Below the pieces are notes generated by a model. That model was given only the letters and a program-made list of their open reading frames with translations, made no database searches and was not told the origin of the DNA. Positions 39,646 through 47,651 of a DNA stretch of 64,000 bases are shown here, piece after piece. Source of the stretch: Ilumatobacteraceae bacterium (GTDB taxonomy: Bacteria; Actinomycetota; Acidimicrobiia; Acidimicrobiales; Ilumatobacteraceae); contig CAVOGB010000009.1 in the NCBI GenBank assembly GCA_963695145.1, forward strand, positions 437,904 to 501,903, given 5' to 3'. Positions within the stretch are counted from its first letter, which is position 1. Each line of letters opens with the position of its first letter. A program made the translations under genes and the position numbers.

Positions 39646-39843
39646 TCAGGAATCCTCCTCGATCGAGATGGCTTGGCGCGGGCACTGGCGGACGGCTTCC
39701 TCGACCCGGGTGCGCAGGGATTCGTCGGGGTGCTCCTGGAGCACGATCAGTTCGTCGTCGTCCGTGAGCTCGAACACCTCCGGGGCGACACCCATGCACA
39801 ACGCATTGGCCTCGCATCTGTTCAGGTCGACGACGACGCGCAT
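39646..39843 (-). CDS. Small ferredoxin (3Fe-4S/4Fe-4S type), P450 redox partner
   Basis: 65 aa, MRVVVDLNRCEANALCMGVAPEVF...VRQCPRQAISI. Its stop lies 1 nt before the P450 ATG. Confidence 0.85.
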   Translation of the reverse strand: MRVVVDLNRCEANALCMGVAPEVFELTDDDELIVLQEHPDESLRTRVEEAVRQCPRQAISIEEDS

Positions 39844-39933
39844 GAATTCCCCTCTGAGACTCGGATTCTGGTCGCGATCGGCAGCGCCGTTCGGTCCCCT
39901 TCGGTCAAGGAGGATATCATGCTTGCGTCAAGT

Positions 39934-39948
39934 GAGAAGAACGTTTCC
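39934..39948. promoter_or_regulatory. Candidate operator dyad GAGAAGAACGTTTCC (site 5 of 9)
   Basis: It lies in the divergent region between ferredoxin-P450 (39843, -) and the SnoaL-SDR-TetR operon (39987, +). Confidence 0.4.
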
Positions 39949-39986
39949 ACCCGGGCGCGACCGTGCGCACGCAGATCGAGGGACCG

Positions 39987-40421
39987 ATGGACCAGGCGCA
40001 GATGAGCGACACGATCGAGATCGAGCAGTTGCTCGCCAAGTACGCCGCGGGGATGACCCGGGACGACGTCGAGTCGGTGATGGAGGTGTTCACGACCGAC
40101 GGCTGGTACGCCGCGTTCGGCGAGAAGTACTCGCTCGTGGACTTCCCGCGCCTCGTCGCCGCGGCCCCCAAGGGCCTGTTCATGACCGGCACGCCGGCGC
40201 TCGAGTTCGACGGCGACGAGGCGTCGGGCATCCAGCCGATGTGCTTCGTCGGCCAGAGCGACCATCACCTGCGCATCGGGTACTGGACCGACACGTTCCG
40301 CCGCACCGAGGCCGGCTGGCGCCTTGCCACCCGCTCGGTCACGTTCCTGCGCAAGAGCGGGGCCCGCGACTCGGGGCGGGAGCACGATCCCACTCGTCCG
40401 GCTCCGAGCACCGCGTCGTGA
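39987..40421 (+). CDS. SnoaL-like / NTF2-fold protein
   Basis: ATG 39987 follows [36 protein letters not shown] is typical of the NTF2-like fold. Confidence 0.7.
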   Translation: MDQAQMSDTIEIEQLLAKYAAGMTRDDVESVMEVFTTDGWYAAFGEKYSLVDFPRLVAAAPKGLFMTGTPALEFDGDEASGIQPMCFVGQSDHHLRIGYWTDTFRRTEAGWRLATRSVTFLRKSGARDSGREHDPTRPAPSTAS

Positions 40422-41185
40422 CGTCGATCAGTGAACTCCACGACCTGACCGGTCGGGTGGCGCTGGTCACGGGAGGCTCGCGCGGGATCGGCCGGGCGAT
40501 CGTCGAGGCCCTCGCCGAGGCCGGCGCCGATGTCGTGGTCGCATCGCGCAAACTCGACGTGTGCCAGAGCGTCGCCGCGGAGATCACCGCGGCGACCGGC
40601 CGCCGCGCCGAGGCGATCGCGTTCCACGCCGGCCACTGGGACGACTGTGACGCGTTGCTCGCCACGACGCTCGAGCGGTTCGGGCGTCTCGACGTGCTCG
40701 TGAACAACGCCGGCATGTCGCCGCTGTACGAGACGCTCGACTCGATCTCCGAGGATCTCTACGACAAGACCATGGCGGTGAACCTCAAGGGTCCGTTCCG
40801 GCTCGCCGTCGCGGCGGGCACGCACATGATCGACCACGACGGCGGCTCGATCGTCAACATCGGCACGGCCGGCTCCCTCGTCGCCAGCACCCGCGAACTC
40901 CCCTACACGTGCGCCAAGGCAGGGCTCAACGCGATGACCGTGGGCCTCGCCGAGGCGTTCGCGCCGAAGGTGCGTGTCAACGCCATCCTGCCCGGACCGT
41001 TCCGGACGTACGGCAGCGCCGGATGGGCACCGCCCGAAGGCGAGGACGTGCCGTTCGTGCCGTTGCGCCGCCTGGGTGATCCGGCCGAGATCGCGCCACT
41101 GGCGGTGCACCTCGCCAGTGCGGCGTCGAGCTTCACCACCGGTTCGATCATCCGCGTCGACGGCGGCATCACCCGCAAGGTGTGA
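40418..41185 (+). CDS. SDR family oxidoreductase
   Basis: GTG 40418 overlaps the upstream stop (GTGA). [12 protein letters not shown] and YTCAKAGLN are present. Confidence 0.9.
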   Translation: MTSISELHDLTGRVALVTGGSRGIGRAIVEALAEAGADVVVASRKLDVCQSVAAEITAATGRRAEAIAFHAGHWDDCDALLATTLERFGRLDVLVNNAGMSPLYETLDSISEDLYDKTMAVNLKGPFRLAVAAGTHMIDHDGGSIVNIGTAGSLVASTRELPYTCAKAGLNAMTVGLAEAFAPKVRVNAILPGPFRTYGSAGWAPPEGEDVPFVPLRRLGDPAEIAPLAVHLASAASSFTTGSIIRVDGGITRKV

Positions 41186-41189
41186 GCCG

Positions 41190-41837
41190 GTGACCCGCGG
41201 GCATGCCAACCTGACTGCCGTGGAACCGGACGACGCACGTCCCGATCGCGACGCCAAGCACGCCGACGAGCGCGAGCGGCTCTACCGCGCCGGCTGGGTC
41301 GTGCTGCGCCGCAACGGGTACGCCAACGCCGGCATCACCGAGATCCTGGGCGAGGCCGGGCTCGGCACACGGGCGTTCTACCGGCACTTCGACTCCAAGG
41401 ACGACCTCCTGGTGGCGATGTTCACCGACAACGCCGCGGCGACCGCACGGCGCCTCGCGGACGAGGTCGACCTCGCCGGATCGCCGCTGGCCCGTTTGCG
41501 GGCCTGGATCGACGAGATCCTCGCCCTCGCCGACGACCCCCGCCACGGTGAGGCGGCGCGGATGTTCATCTCCCCCACGATGCCCGGGGTGTTCGACGCC
41601 GCCGGCGACCAGGCGATCGCGGAACTGCGGGCGCCATTGCGCGCCGCGCTCGCCGCCGGCGCCGAGGCCGGCGACTTCCCCGACTGCGATCCCGATGCCG
41701 ACGCCGCCACGATCCACGCCATCGTCTGGCGGCTGTTCATCGATGCGATCAACGGCCGGGCGACGATGGGTCGCGACGATGCGCGTGCCCACGTCGAGCG
41801 CTTCGCCCTGCGTGCCCTCGGCGCCCGGCCCGACTGA
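41190..41837 (+). CDS. TetR family transcriptional regulator
   Basis: GTG 41190 lies 4 nt after the SDR stop. The HTH reads RERLYRAGWVVLRRNGYANAGITEILGEAGLGTRAFYRHF. Confidence 0.85.
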   Translation: MTRGHANLTAVEPDDARPDRDAKHADERERLYRAGWVVLRRNGYANAGITEILGEAGLGTRAFYRHFDSKDDLLVAMFTDNAAATARRLADEVDLAGSPLARLRAWIDEILALADDPRHGEAARMFISPTMPGVFDAAGDQAIAELRAPLRAALAAGAEAGDFPDCDPDADAATIHAIVWRLFIDAINGRATMGRDDARAHVERFALRALGARPD

Positions 41838-41894
41838 TCCGCGCGTACCCCTGGCTCGCTTCCGCCCACTTCGTCCAACGTCAGAAAGTTCCGC

Positions 41895-42620
41895 ATGCAC
41901 ACATATGTCCTCATCCACGGCGGCGGCCACGGCGGCTGGTGCTACGCCAAGGTCACCGCGCGCCTGCAGGCCCTGGGACACCGCGTGCACGCACCGAGCC
42001 TGCCCGGCCTCGGCGAACACGCCCACGTCGTGTCGCCGGCGATCGACCTCGACGCCCACATCGACGACGTCGTGAACCTCCTCTTCTACGAGGACCTCCA
42101 CGACGTGATCATCGTCGGCCACAGTTACGGCGGCATGGTGATCACCGGGGTCGCCGACCGCGCCGCGGACCGCGTGGGCAAGGTCGTGTATCTCGACGCC
42201 GCCAACCCGGTGAACGGGCAGTCGCTCGTCGACGTCGCCGGGCCGCACATGCTCATGGCCCGCGAGATGGGCGAGGTGCGCGACGGCATCGAACTCGTGC
42301 TCCTCCCCGGCGACGGTGCCGCCGGGTTCTACGGCGTCGAGGACCCCGACGACATCGCCTGGACCGACGCCCGCCTCACCCCGCATCCGTGGGCCTGTTT
42401 CGAGCAGAAGCTCGTGTTGACCAACGAGTCGGCGACCGCCGCCATCCCGCGATTCCACATCGTCTGCGAGTCGACGATCCCGACGCGCGACCCGGCGATG
42501 ATCGCCGACGCCCGGGCCGAGGGCCGGCTGTGGTCGATCGACACGGGCCACGACCTGATGATCACCGAGCCCGACTTCGTGACGAACGCGCTCCTCGAGA
42601 TCGCCGAACACGTCCGATGA
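41895..42620 (+). CDS. Alpha/beta hydrolase (esterase, methylesterase-like)
   Basis: YVLIHGGGHGGW is near the N-terminus, the nucleophile elbow is VGHSYGG, and a C-terminal DTGHDLM is present. Confidence 0.8.
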   Translation: MHTYVLIHGGGHGGWCYAKVTARLQALGHRVHAPSLPGLGEHAHVVSPAIDLDAHIDDVVNLLFYEDLHDVIIVGHSYGGMVITGVADRAADRVGKVVYLDAANPVNGQSLVDVAGPHMLMAREMGEVRDGIELVLLPGDGAAGFYGVEDPDDIAWTDARLTPHPWACFEQKLVLTNESATAAIPRFHIVCESTIPTRDPAMIADARAEGRLWSIDTGHDLMITEPDFVTNALLEIAEHVR

Positions 42621-43003
42621 GCGACGACTCGGCGCTCGAGGCGGCGAAGGCGATGCGTCGCCGGATCCTCGGCGACGCGTACGTCGATGCGCAGACCGCC
42701 GCGCCCGACGAGACCACGCGGCAGTTCCAGGACCACATCACCGCGACCGCGTGGGGCGCATGGGCGCGCGAAGGCCCGTTGTCGACGCGTGATCGGAGCC
42801 TGCTCGTGCTGGCGATGACCGCTGCTCTCGGGCGCATGGACGAGTTCCGCCTGCACGCCGGAGCGCGGGCGCGCGCCGGCGTGACCGACGACGAGGTCGA
42901 CGAACTGCTGTTCATGGTGGCGGCCTACTGCGGCGCCCCTGCCGGGGTGTCGGCGAAGCGGGCCATCGGCGAGGTGCGAGCGGCCGAGGACGCAACGCGA
43001 TGA
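42617..43003 (+). CDS. Carboxymuconolactone decarboxylase (CMD/AhpD-like) family protein
   Basis: ATG 42617 overlaps the upstream stop (ATGA). 128 aa with ...TRDRSLLVLAMTAALGRMDEFRLHA...ELLFMVAAYCGAPAG. Confidence 0.75.
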   Translation: MSDDSALEAAKAMRRRILGDAYVDAQTAAPDETTRQFQDHITATAWGAWAREGPLSTRDRSLLVLAMTAALGRMDEFRLHAGARARAGVTDDEVDELLFMVAAYCGAPAGVSAKRAIGEVRAAEDATR

Positions 43004-43060
43004 GCACCGCGGTCGGCTTCGTCCGTTCACCGTCGACTGCGTCCAGAAAAACTGGGGGTT

Positions 43061-43075
43061 GAAAAAAGCGTTTTC
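43061..43075. promoter_or_regulatory. Candidate operator dyad GAAAAAAGCGTTTTC (site 6 of 9, most degenerate)
   Basis: It lies in an AT-rich island about 67 nt upstream of the ACAD ATG 43142 and is followed by CACTCgattaGAGTG. Confidence 0.35.
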
Positions 43076-43141
43076 ACTCGATTAGAGTGGGACCTCGTCG
43101 GACGCCGACAGCGGCGCCGCCGAGCAGCAGAGGGGTTGCGC

Positions 43142-44451
43142 ATGGCCTGGGATTTCAGTACCGATCCGGAATTCGAAGCACAGTTGGAGTGGATCCGCGA
43201 GTTCCGCAACGAGCAGATCGCACCGCTCGACCTGCTCTACCCGAAGCTCCCGTACTACCCCCTCGAGGGCGACCTCGGCGTCTACGTCCGCTCGCTGCGC
43301 GAGCAGGTCAAAGCGCGCGGCCTGTGGGCCGCCCACCTCGGCCCGGAGCTCGGCGGGCAGGGCTTCGGTCAGCTCAAGCTGGCGCTGATCAACGAGATCC
43401 TCGGCGGCTCGAACTGGGCGCCGAACGTGTTCGGCACGGCGGCCCCCGACACCGGCAACGCCGAGATCATCGCCCACTACGGCACCGACGAGCAGAAGGA
43501 GATGTACCTCCAACCGCTCCTGAACGGTGAGTGCTTCTCGTGCTTCTCGATGACCGAACCGCACGCCGGTTCCGACCCGAAGATGTTCACCACCGAGGCC
43601 GTCAAGGACGGCGACGAGTGGGTCATCACCGGCAGCAAGTACTACTCCTCGAACGCCCGCACGTCGAAGTTCGTGATCGTCATGGCCTGGACGAACAAGG
43701 ACACCAGCGCCTACCAGGGCATGTCGATGTTCCTCGTCCCGTCCGACACGCCCGGCATCGAGATCGAACGCCACATCGGGATGTTCTCCGAGCACGAGGA
43801 CGAGGGCATGCACGCCCTCATCAACTACAACGGCGTGCGCGTCCCGGCGGAGAACCTGCTCGGCGGCGAGGGCCAGGGCTTCCACGTCGCCCAGACCCGC
43901 CTCGGCGGCGGCCGTGTCCACCACGCGATGCGCTCGGTCGGCGTGATGCGTCGCGCCCTCGACATGATGTGCGAGCGGGCGCTGTCGCGCGAGACACAGG
44001 GCTCGTTGCTCGCCGACAAGCAGATGGTGCAGTCCGACATCGCCGAGTCGTACGCGCAGCTCGAGATGTTCCGCCTGCTCGTCCTCCAGACCGCCTGGAA
44101 GATCGACCAGCACCACGACTACAAGCTGCTGCGCAAGGACATCGCGGCGATCAAGTTCATGATGCCCTCGGTGCTGAAGGACATCGTGTGGCGCTCGATG
44201 CACCTGCACGGGGCGCTCGGCGTGTCGAACGAGATGCCGTTCTCCGAGATGTGGCAGTGGGCGCCGTCGATGTCGATCGTCGACGGCCCGACCGAGGTCC
44301 ACAAGATCACCGTCGCCCAACAGGTGCTCAAGGGATACAAGCCGTCGCCGGGACTCTGGCCGACCGAGTTCCTCCCGCCACGCCGCGAGTGGGCCCGCAA
44401 GGTGCTCGACGAACGCATCGCCGCACTGAAGACCGGGAGCGCGCGTCATGA
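43142..44451 (+). CDS. Acyl-CoA dehydrogenase; no in-frame stop as given (frame problem near 44430-44447)
   Basis: ATG 43142 follows GAGGGG. FSMTEPHAGSDP and ...SIVDGPTEVHKITVAQQVL are present. The reading frame runs on to 45565 as non-protein-like Arg/Gly text. One extra G in the run at 44435-44437 would give ...KTGERAS-TGA at 44449-44451, overlapping the next ATG. Confidence 0.8.
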
Positions 44452-45551
44452 GCGACGACACCACATCCGACGACAAGGCCGCGGCGAAGGCGGCGGCCAA
44501 AGCGGCCCAGAAGATCGACGAGCTGGCCAACCCGGCCAAGCTCGGCGCCTGGATGGACGCCCAGGGTCTGCCCGGCGAGGGCGAGCCCGAGGTGACGTTC
44601 GTGTCGGGCGGGGCGGCGAACGAGATCTTCGGCGTCGAGCGAGGCGGCCAGAAGATGGTGCTGCGCCGGCCGCCGCGCGTCGTGCCCCCCGGCCGCAACG
44701 AGACGATGGTGCGCGAGCACCGCATCCTCTCCGCGCTCAACGACACCGACGTGCCCCACCCGACGGCGATCGCGCTCTGCGAGGACGAGTCGGTGCTCGG
44801 CGCGGCGTTCTACCTCATGGACTTCGTCGACGGCTGGAGCGTCATGGCCGATCCCGGCCACTGGCCCGCACCGTTCGACAAGGACCTCGCCGCACGGCCC
44901 GGTCTCGCCTACGAACTCGTCGACGGCGCGGCGAAGATGGCCAACGTCGACTGGAAGGGCGTCGGCCTCGAGGGCCTCGGCAGGCCGGAGGGGTTCCACT
45001 CCCGGCAGGTCGACCGCTGGCTGTCGCAGTGGGAGAAGTACAAGGTCCGCGACCTGCCCGGCATCGACGACGCCGTCGAGTTCCTCCGCGGCTACGAGGT
45101 CAAGTCGTGGGAGCCGGGCCTCATGCACGGCGACTACCAGTTCGCCAACGTGATGTTCCGCCACGGCGCACCCGCCGAGCTGGCGGCGATCGTCGACTTC
45201 GAGATGGGCACGATCGGCGACCCGATGCTGGATCTCGCCTGGGTCCTGATGCCGTGGGCGAACGCCGACGAGGACCGCTCGGGCAAGGGCTACATCGACT
45301 ACGAGGGCCTCCCCGACCGGGAGGACCTGCTCGAGTACTACGCCACCCACACCGGACGCGACGTGTCGGAGATCGACTACTACCTCGTGCTCGGCAACTT
45401 CAAGATGGCGATCGTGCTCGAGGGCGGCTACGCCCGCATGATCAGCGGCGCGAGCGACAACCCGAACGCCGCGTCGTTCGGCGACTACGTGATGCAGTCG
45501 GCCACCAAGGCCGGCAACATCGCCCGCTCCACCCCCCTCCGCAACCACTGA
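44448..45551 (+). CDS. Phosphotransferase (APH-like) family protein, ACAD-associated
   Basis: LMHGDYQFANVMF (HxDxxxxN) and IVDFEMGTIGDPMLDLA are present. An N-terminal KAAAKAAAKAAQK low-complexity tract is also seen. Confidence 0.85.
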   Translation: MSDDTTSDDKAAAKAAAKAAQKIDELANPAKLGAWMDAQGLPGEGEPEVTFVSGGAANEIFGVERGGQKMVLRRPPRVVPPGRNETMVREHRILSALNDTDVPHPTAIALCEDESVLGAAFYLMDFVDGWSVMADPGHWPAPFDKDLAARPGLAYELVDGAAKMANVDWKGVGLEGLGRPEGFHSRQVDRWLSQWEKYKVRDLPGIDDAVEFLRGYEVKSWEPGLMHGDYQFANVMFRHGAPAELAAIVDFEMGTIGDPMLDLAWVLMPWANADEDRSGKGYIDYEGLPDREDLLEYYATHTGRDVSEIDYYLVLGNFKMAIVLEGGYARMISGASDNPNAASFGDYVMQSATKAGNIARSTPLRNH

Positions 45552-45558
45552 CCGCCTT

Positions 45559-45674
45559 GCGATGAGCGAGATCCCCGTATCCGGGGGTTTCGCTCATCGC
45601 TGCGGTCGGCCGGGCGGCAGCGATGAGCGGCGTCCCCGTATCCGGGGGTTTCGCTCATCGCTGCGGTCGGCCGG
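45559..45674. repeat. REP-like family 1: two tandem 61-nt units, each a 42-nt hairpin plus tail tgcggtcggccgg
   Basis: The copies are 45559-45600 gcgatgagcgagatccccgtatccgggggtttcgctcatcgc and 45620-45661 gcgatgagcggcgtccccgtatccgggggtttcgctcatcgc. Each has about 18-nt arms and the loop gtatcc. They lie between convergent genes. Confidence 0.9.
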
Positions 45675-46251
45675 AGGCGGTCAGGAGATCGCGCCACGGG
45701 TCGTCGGTGTCACCGAGACCGTTCCACTCCGTCGTCCACATCGGCCAGGGACGAGTGTGCTCACGGAGCCGCCGAGCGATCGCCGGCGCGGGCTCGAACG
45801 GCACGGCGAGCCCGACGCTCACGTCGTGGGCGTGCAGTGCCAGCTCCAAGGCCGCGCGCGGCAGGAAGTCGCCGGGCGCACCCAGTTGCGGCGGGCGGCG
45901 GAAGATCACGGCCCGCACGTCGTCAGGGGTGTCGCGCACGACGGCGACCAACAGACGCGTCGCGATCGCCAGCGACTCGACCAGACGCTCCGGAGTGGCC
46001 TCCTCCCCCATCGTGAGGTCACCGCCGGCGTGCGGGTAGCGATCCGTCCGACGCGAGGCCAGGAAGAAGGCGGGCGCATACACGCAGTCGACGGCATGGT
46101 CCGCCGTGGCGAGGCACGACCACTCGAGCGTGCCAGCGGGTGCCGACCAGTCACCGTCGGCGGCCGCGGTCCACGTGGTCGCGACGAGTGCGCTCAGCTC
46201 CTCGAGATCGCCGGCCGTGAACCGCTCAGCGCCAGCAGGAAGGACGGTCAC
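45655..46251 (-). CDS. DinB/mycothiol-dependent maleylpyruvate-isomerase-N-terminal-like protein (actinobacterial TIGR03083-like)
   Basis: GTG 46251 overlaps the upstream stop (GTGA). ...ELSALVATTWTAAADGDWSAPAGTLEWSCLATADHAVD... is present. The last codons GRPQR-stop are encoded by the REP unit. Confidence 0.5.
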   Translation of the reverse strand: MTVLPAGAERFTAGDLEELSALVATTWTAAADGDWSAPAGTLEWSCLATADHAVDCVYAPAFFLASRRTDRYPHAGGDLTMGEEATPERLVESLAIATRLLVAVVRDTPDDVRAVIFRRPPQLGAPGDFLPRAALELALHAHDVSVGLAVPFEPAPAIARRLREHTRPWPMWTTEWNGLGDTDDPWRDLLTASGRPQR

Positions 46252-46658
46252 GGGCGGCGGTCGGAGCCCTCGGGCCACCCGCCGTACGGGACGGTGATGA
46301 TCTCGAGGAAGTGGCCGCTCGGGTCGCACCAGTACACCCCGCGACCGCCGTCGTGGTGGTTGATCTCGTTGACCCGGCCGAAGTGCGGTTCGGGATAGTG
46401 CTCGATCCCGTGCTCGAGGATGCGCCCGTAGATCGCATCGAAGTCGTCCTCGGTCACGAGGAACGCATAGTGCTGGGGATGGATCTCCTCGTCGTCCCCC
46501 GCCTGGGCGAAGTCGAACGTCGCACCGTGTTCGACCGGCACGGCCAGGAACGGCCCGAACGGTTTCGGCGCCGGCAGACCCATCATCTGGCTGAAGAACG
46601 TGGCGGACTCGTCCACGTCGCGGGAGTGGACGATCGTGTGGTTGAAAGCGACCGGCAT
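46248..46658 (-). CDS. VOC (glyoxalase/bleomycin-resistance/dioxygenase) family protein
   Basis: ATG 46658; MPVAFNHTIVHSRDVDESATFFSQMMGL...HYAFLV...GVYWCDPSGHFLEI. Confidence 0.8.
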   Translation of the reverse strand: MPVAFNHTIVHSRDVDESATFFSQMMGLPAPKPFGPFLAVPVEHGATFDFAQAGDDEEIHPQHYAFLVTEDDFDAIYGRILEHGIEHYPEPHFGRVNEINHHDGGRGVYWCDPSGHFLEIITVPYGGWPEGSDRRP

Positions 46659-46677
46659 GACCCCAGTCTGCTCGCGC

Positions 46678-47124
46678 TCAGGCCTTGCCGGCACGCAGGT
46701 CGGTGACGGACTTCTCGATGCGCCGCACCCGGGTGTCGGCCGCCTTCGCGCCCTCGACGGCGAGGACGATCCGACGACGGCGGCTGTACGAGATCGAGTC
46801 CCAGAACGACTGGGCGGCGGGGTCGGCGGCGATCGCCGCGGCGAGATCGTCGGGCACGTCGAGCACGCGCTCGGCGGTGTCGAGTTCGATGTCGACCTCG
46901 ACCGTGTCACCGGCCGCGACACCCGCCGCCGCTCGGTGCTCGGCGCTGAGCGGCACGAGGAAACGACCGCCCATCACGGCGACGGTGCTGCGGTACGAGT
47001 GTCCGCCGACGGTGACGGTGACGGCCGGCCGCTTGCCCGAGCCCAGCGCCTCCACGACCTCGTCCGGCACTTCGAAGCCCGTGGCCGTCTTTCCGCCCAA
47101 CTCGATGGTCGTCTCGAAACGCAT
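46678..47124 (-). CDS. DUF1905 / YdeI-like domain protein
   Basis: MRFETTIELGGKTATGFEVPDEVVEALGSGKRPAVTVTVGGHSYRSTVAVMGGRFLVPL is the classic DUF1905 pattern. The C-terminus is YdeI-like. Confidence 0.7.
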   Translation of the reverse strand: MRFETTIELGGKTATGFEVPDEVVEALGSGKRPAVTVTVGGHSYRSTVAVMGGRFLVPLSAEHRAAAGVAAGDTVEVDIELDTAERVLDVPDDLAAAIAADPAAQSFWDSISYSRRRRIVLAVEGAKAADTRVRRIEKSVTDLRAGKA

Positions 47125-47192
47125 GCCGACAACATTCGCGCAGCGGCGAATGCGCCCGCGTCGACGGCGACCGGTTTCCTACGCTCTCGATC

Positions 47193-47651
47193 GTGGAGGT
47201 TCGCTTCAGGAAGGACGCCAAGGGCCGAACGTGCAGTTGGCACGCACTGCGTCCGCCGCACACGCACGTGCCGGGCCCCACGATGGCGGCGGGCGGTGAC
47301 ATCCCGCACGACCTCGTCACGTTCGTGGTCGAGGAGGCGCTCGGCCTCGAGCACGGCTTCTGGGGGTGCGTCGCCGACGGGGCGACGTTCAAGACCCTCG
47401 GCCGCAAGCGCACGCCGCAGGGCAAGACCGTGATCGCCCGCCACGTCGGCGACCTCGACGACGCCGAACGGCGCGTCAACGAGGTCTACTTCGCGTGGCG
47501 GCGCGGTGAGCGGATCCCAGCAAACGCGGAGGTCGATGCCGCGCTCGACGAGACGCTGGCACAGTGGCGAGCGCTCCCGGTCGAGGGAGAACTGGTCCGG
47601 GTGTGGTCGGTGCCCGAGCGTCGCCATCGTCGTCGGCGGAGCAGGGATTGA
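47193..47651 (+). CDS. Hypothetical protein (152 aa)
   Basis: It has a GTG start, coding-like codon bias, and a stop that overlaps the TTG of the GH63 gene (TTGA). I recognise no family. Confidence 0.5.
   Translation: MEVRFRKDAKGRTCSWHALRPPHTHVPGPTMAAGGDIPHDLVTFVVEEALGLEHGFWGCVADGATFKTLGRKRTPQGKTVIARHVGDLDDAERRVNEVYFAWRRGERIPANAEVDAALDETLAQWRALPVEGELVRVWSVPERRHRRRRSRD

Noticed and set aside
43136-45565. An 809-aa ORF that looks like an ACAD fused to a large C-terminal extension.
   Set aside because: After about residue 436 the translation turns into low-complexity Arg/Gly text that overlaps, out of frame, a well-conserved APH-like gene (44448..45551). The extension is a consequence of the missing ACAD stop and is not a real domain.
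45559-45674. The 61-nt tandem units with palindromes could be a mini-CRISPR array.
   Set aside because: There are only two units, the 'spacer' between the hairpins is 19 nt and includes the repeated tail, and no cas genes are present. A third copy is solitary and inverted. REP-like elements fit better.
45562-46398. ORFs starting MSE.../MSG... inside the repeats (45562..46398 and 45623..46039, + strand).
   Set aside because: Their ATGs are simply the gATGAGCG of the palindrome arm, and their bodies are antisense to the DinB-like and VOC genes and do not look protein-like.
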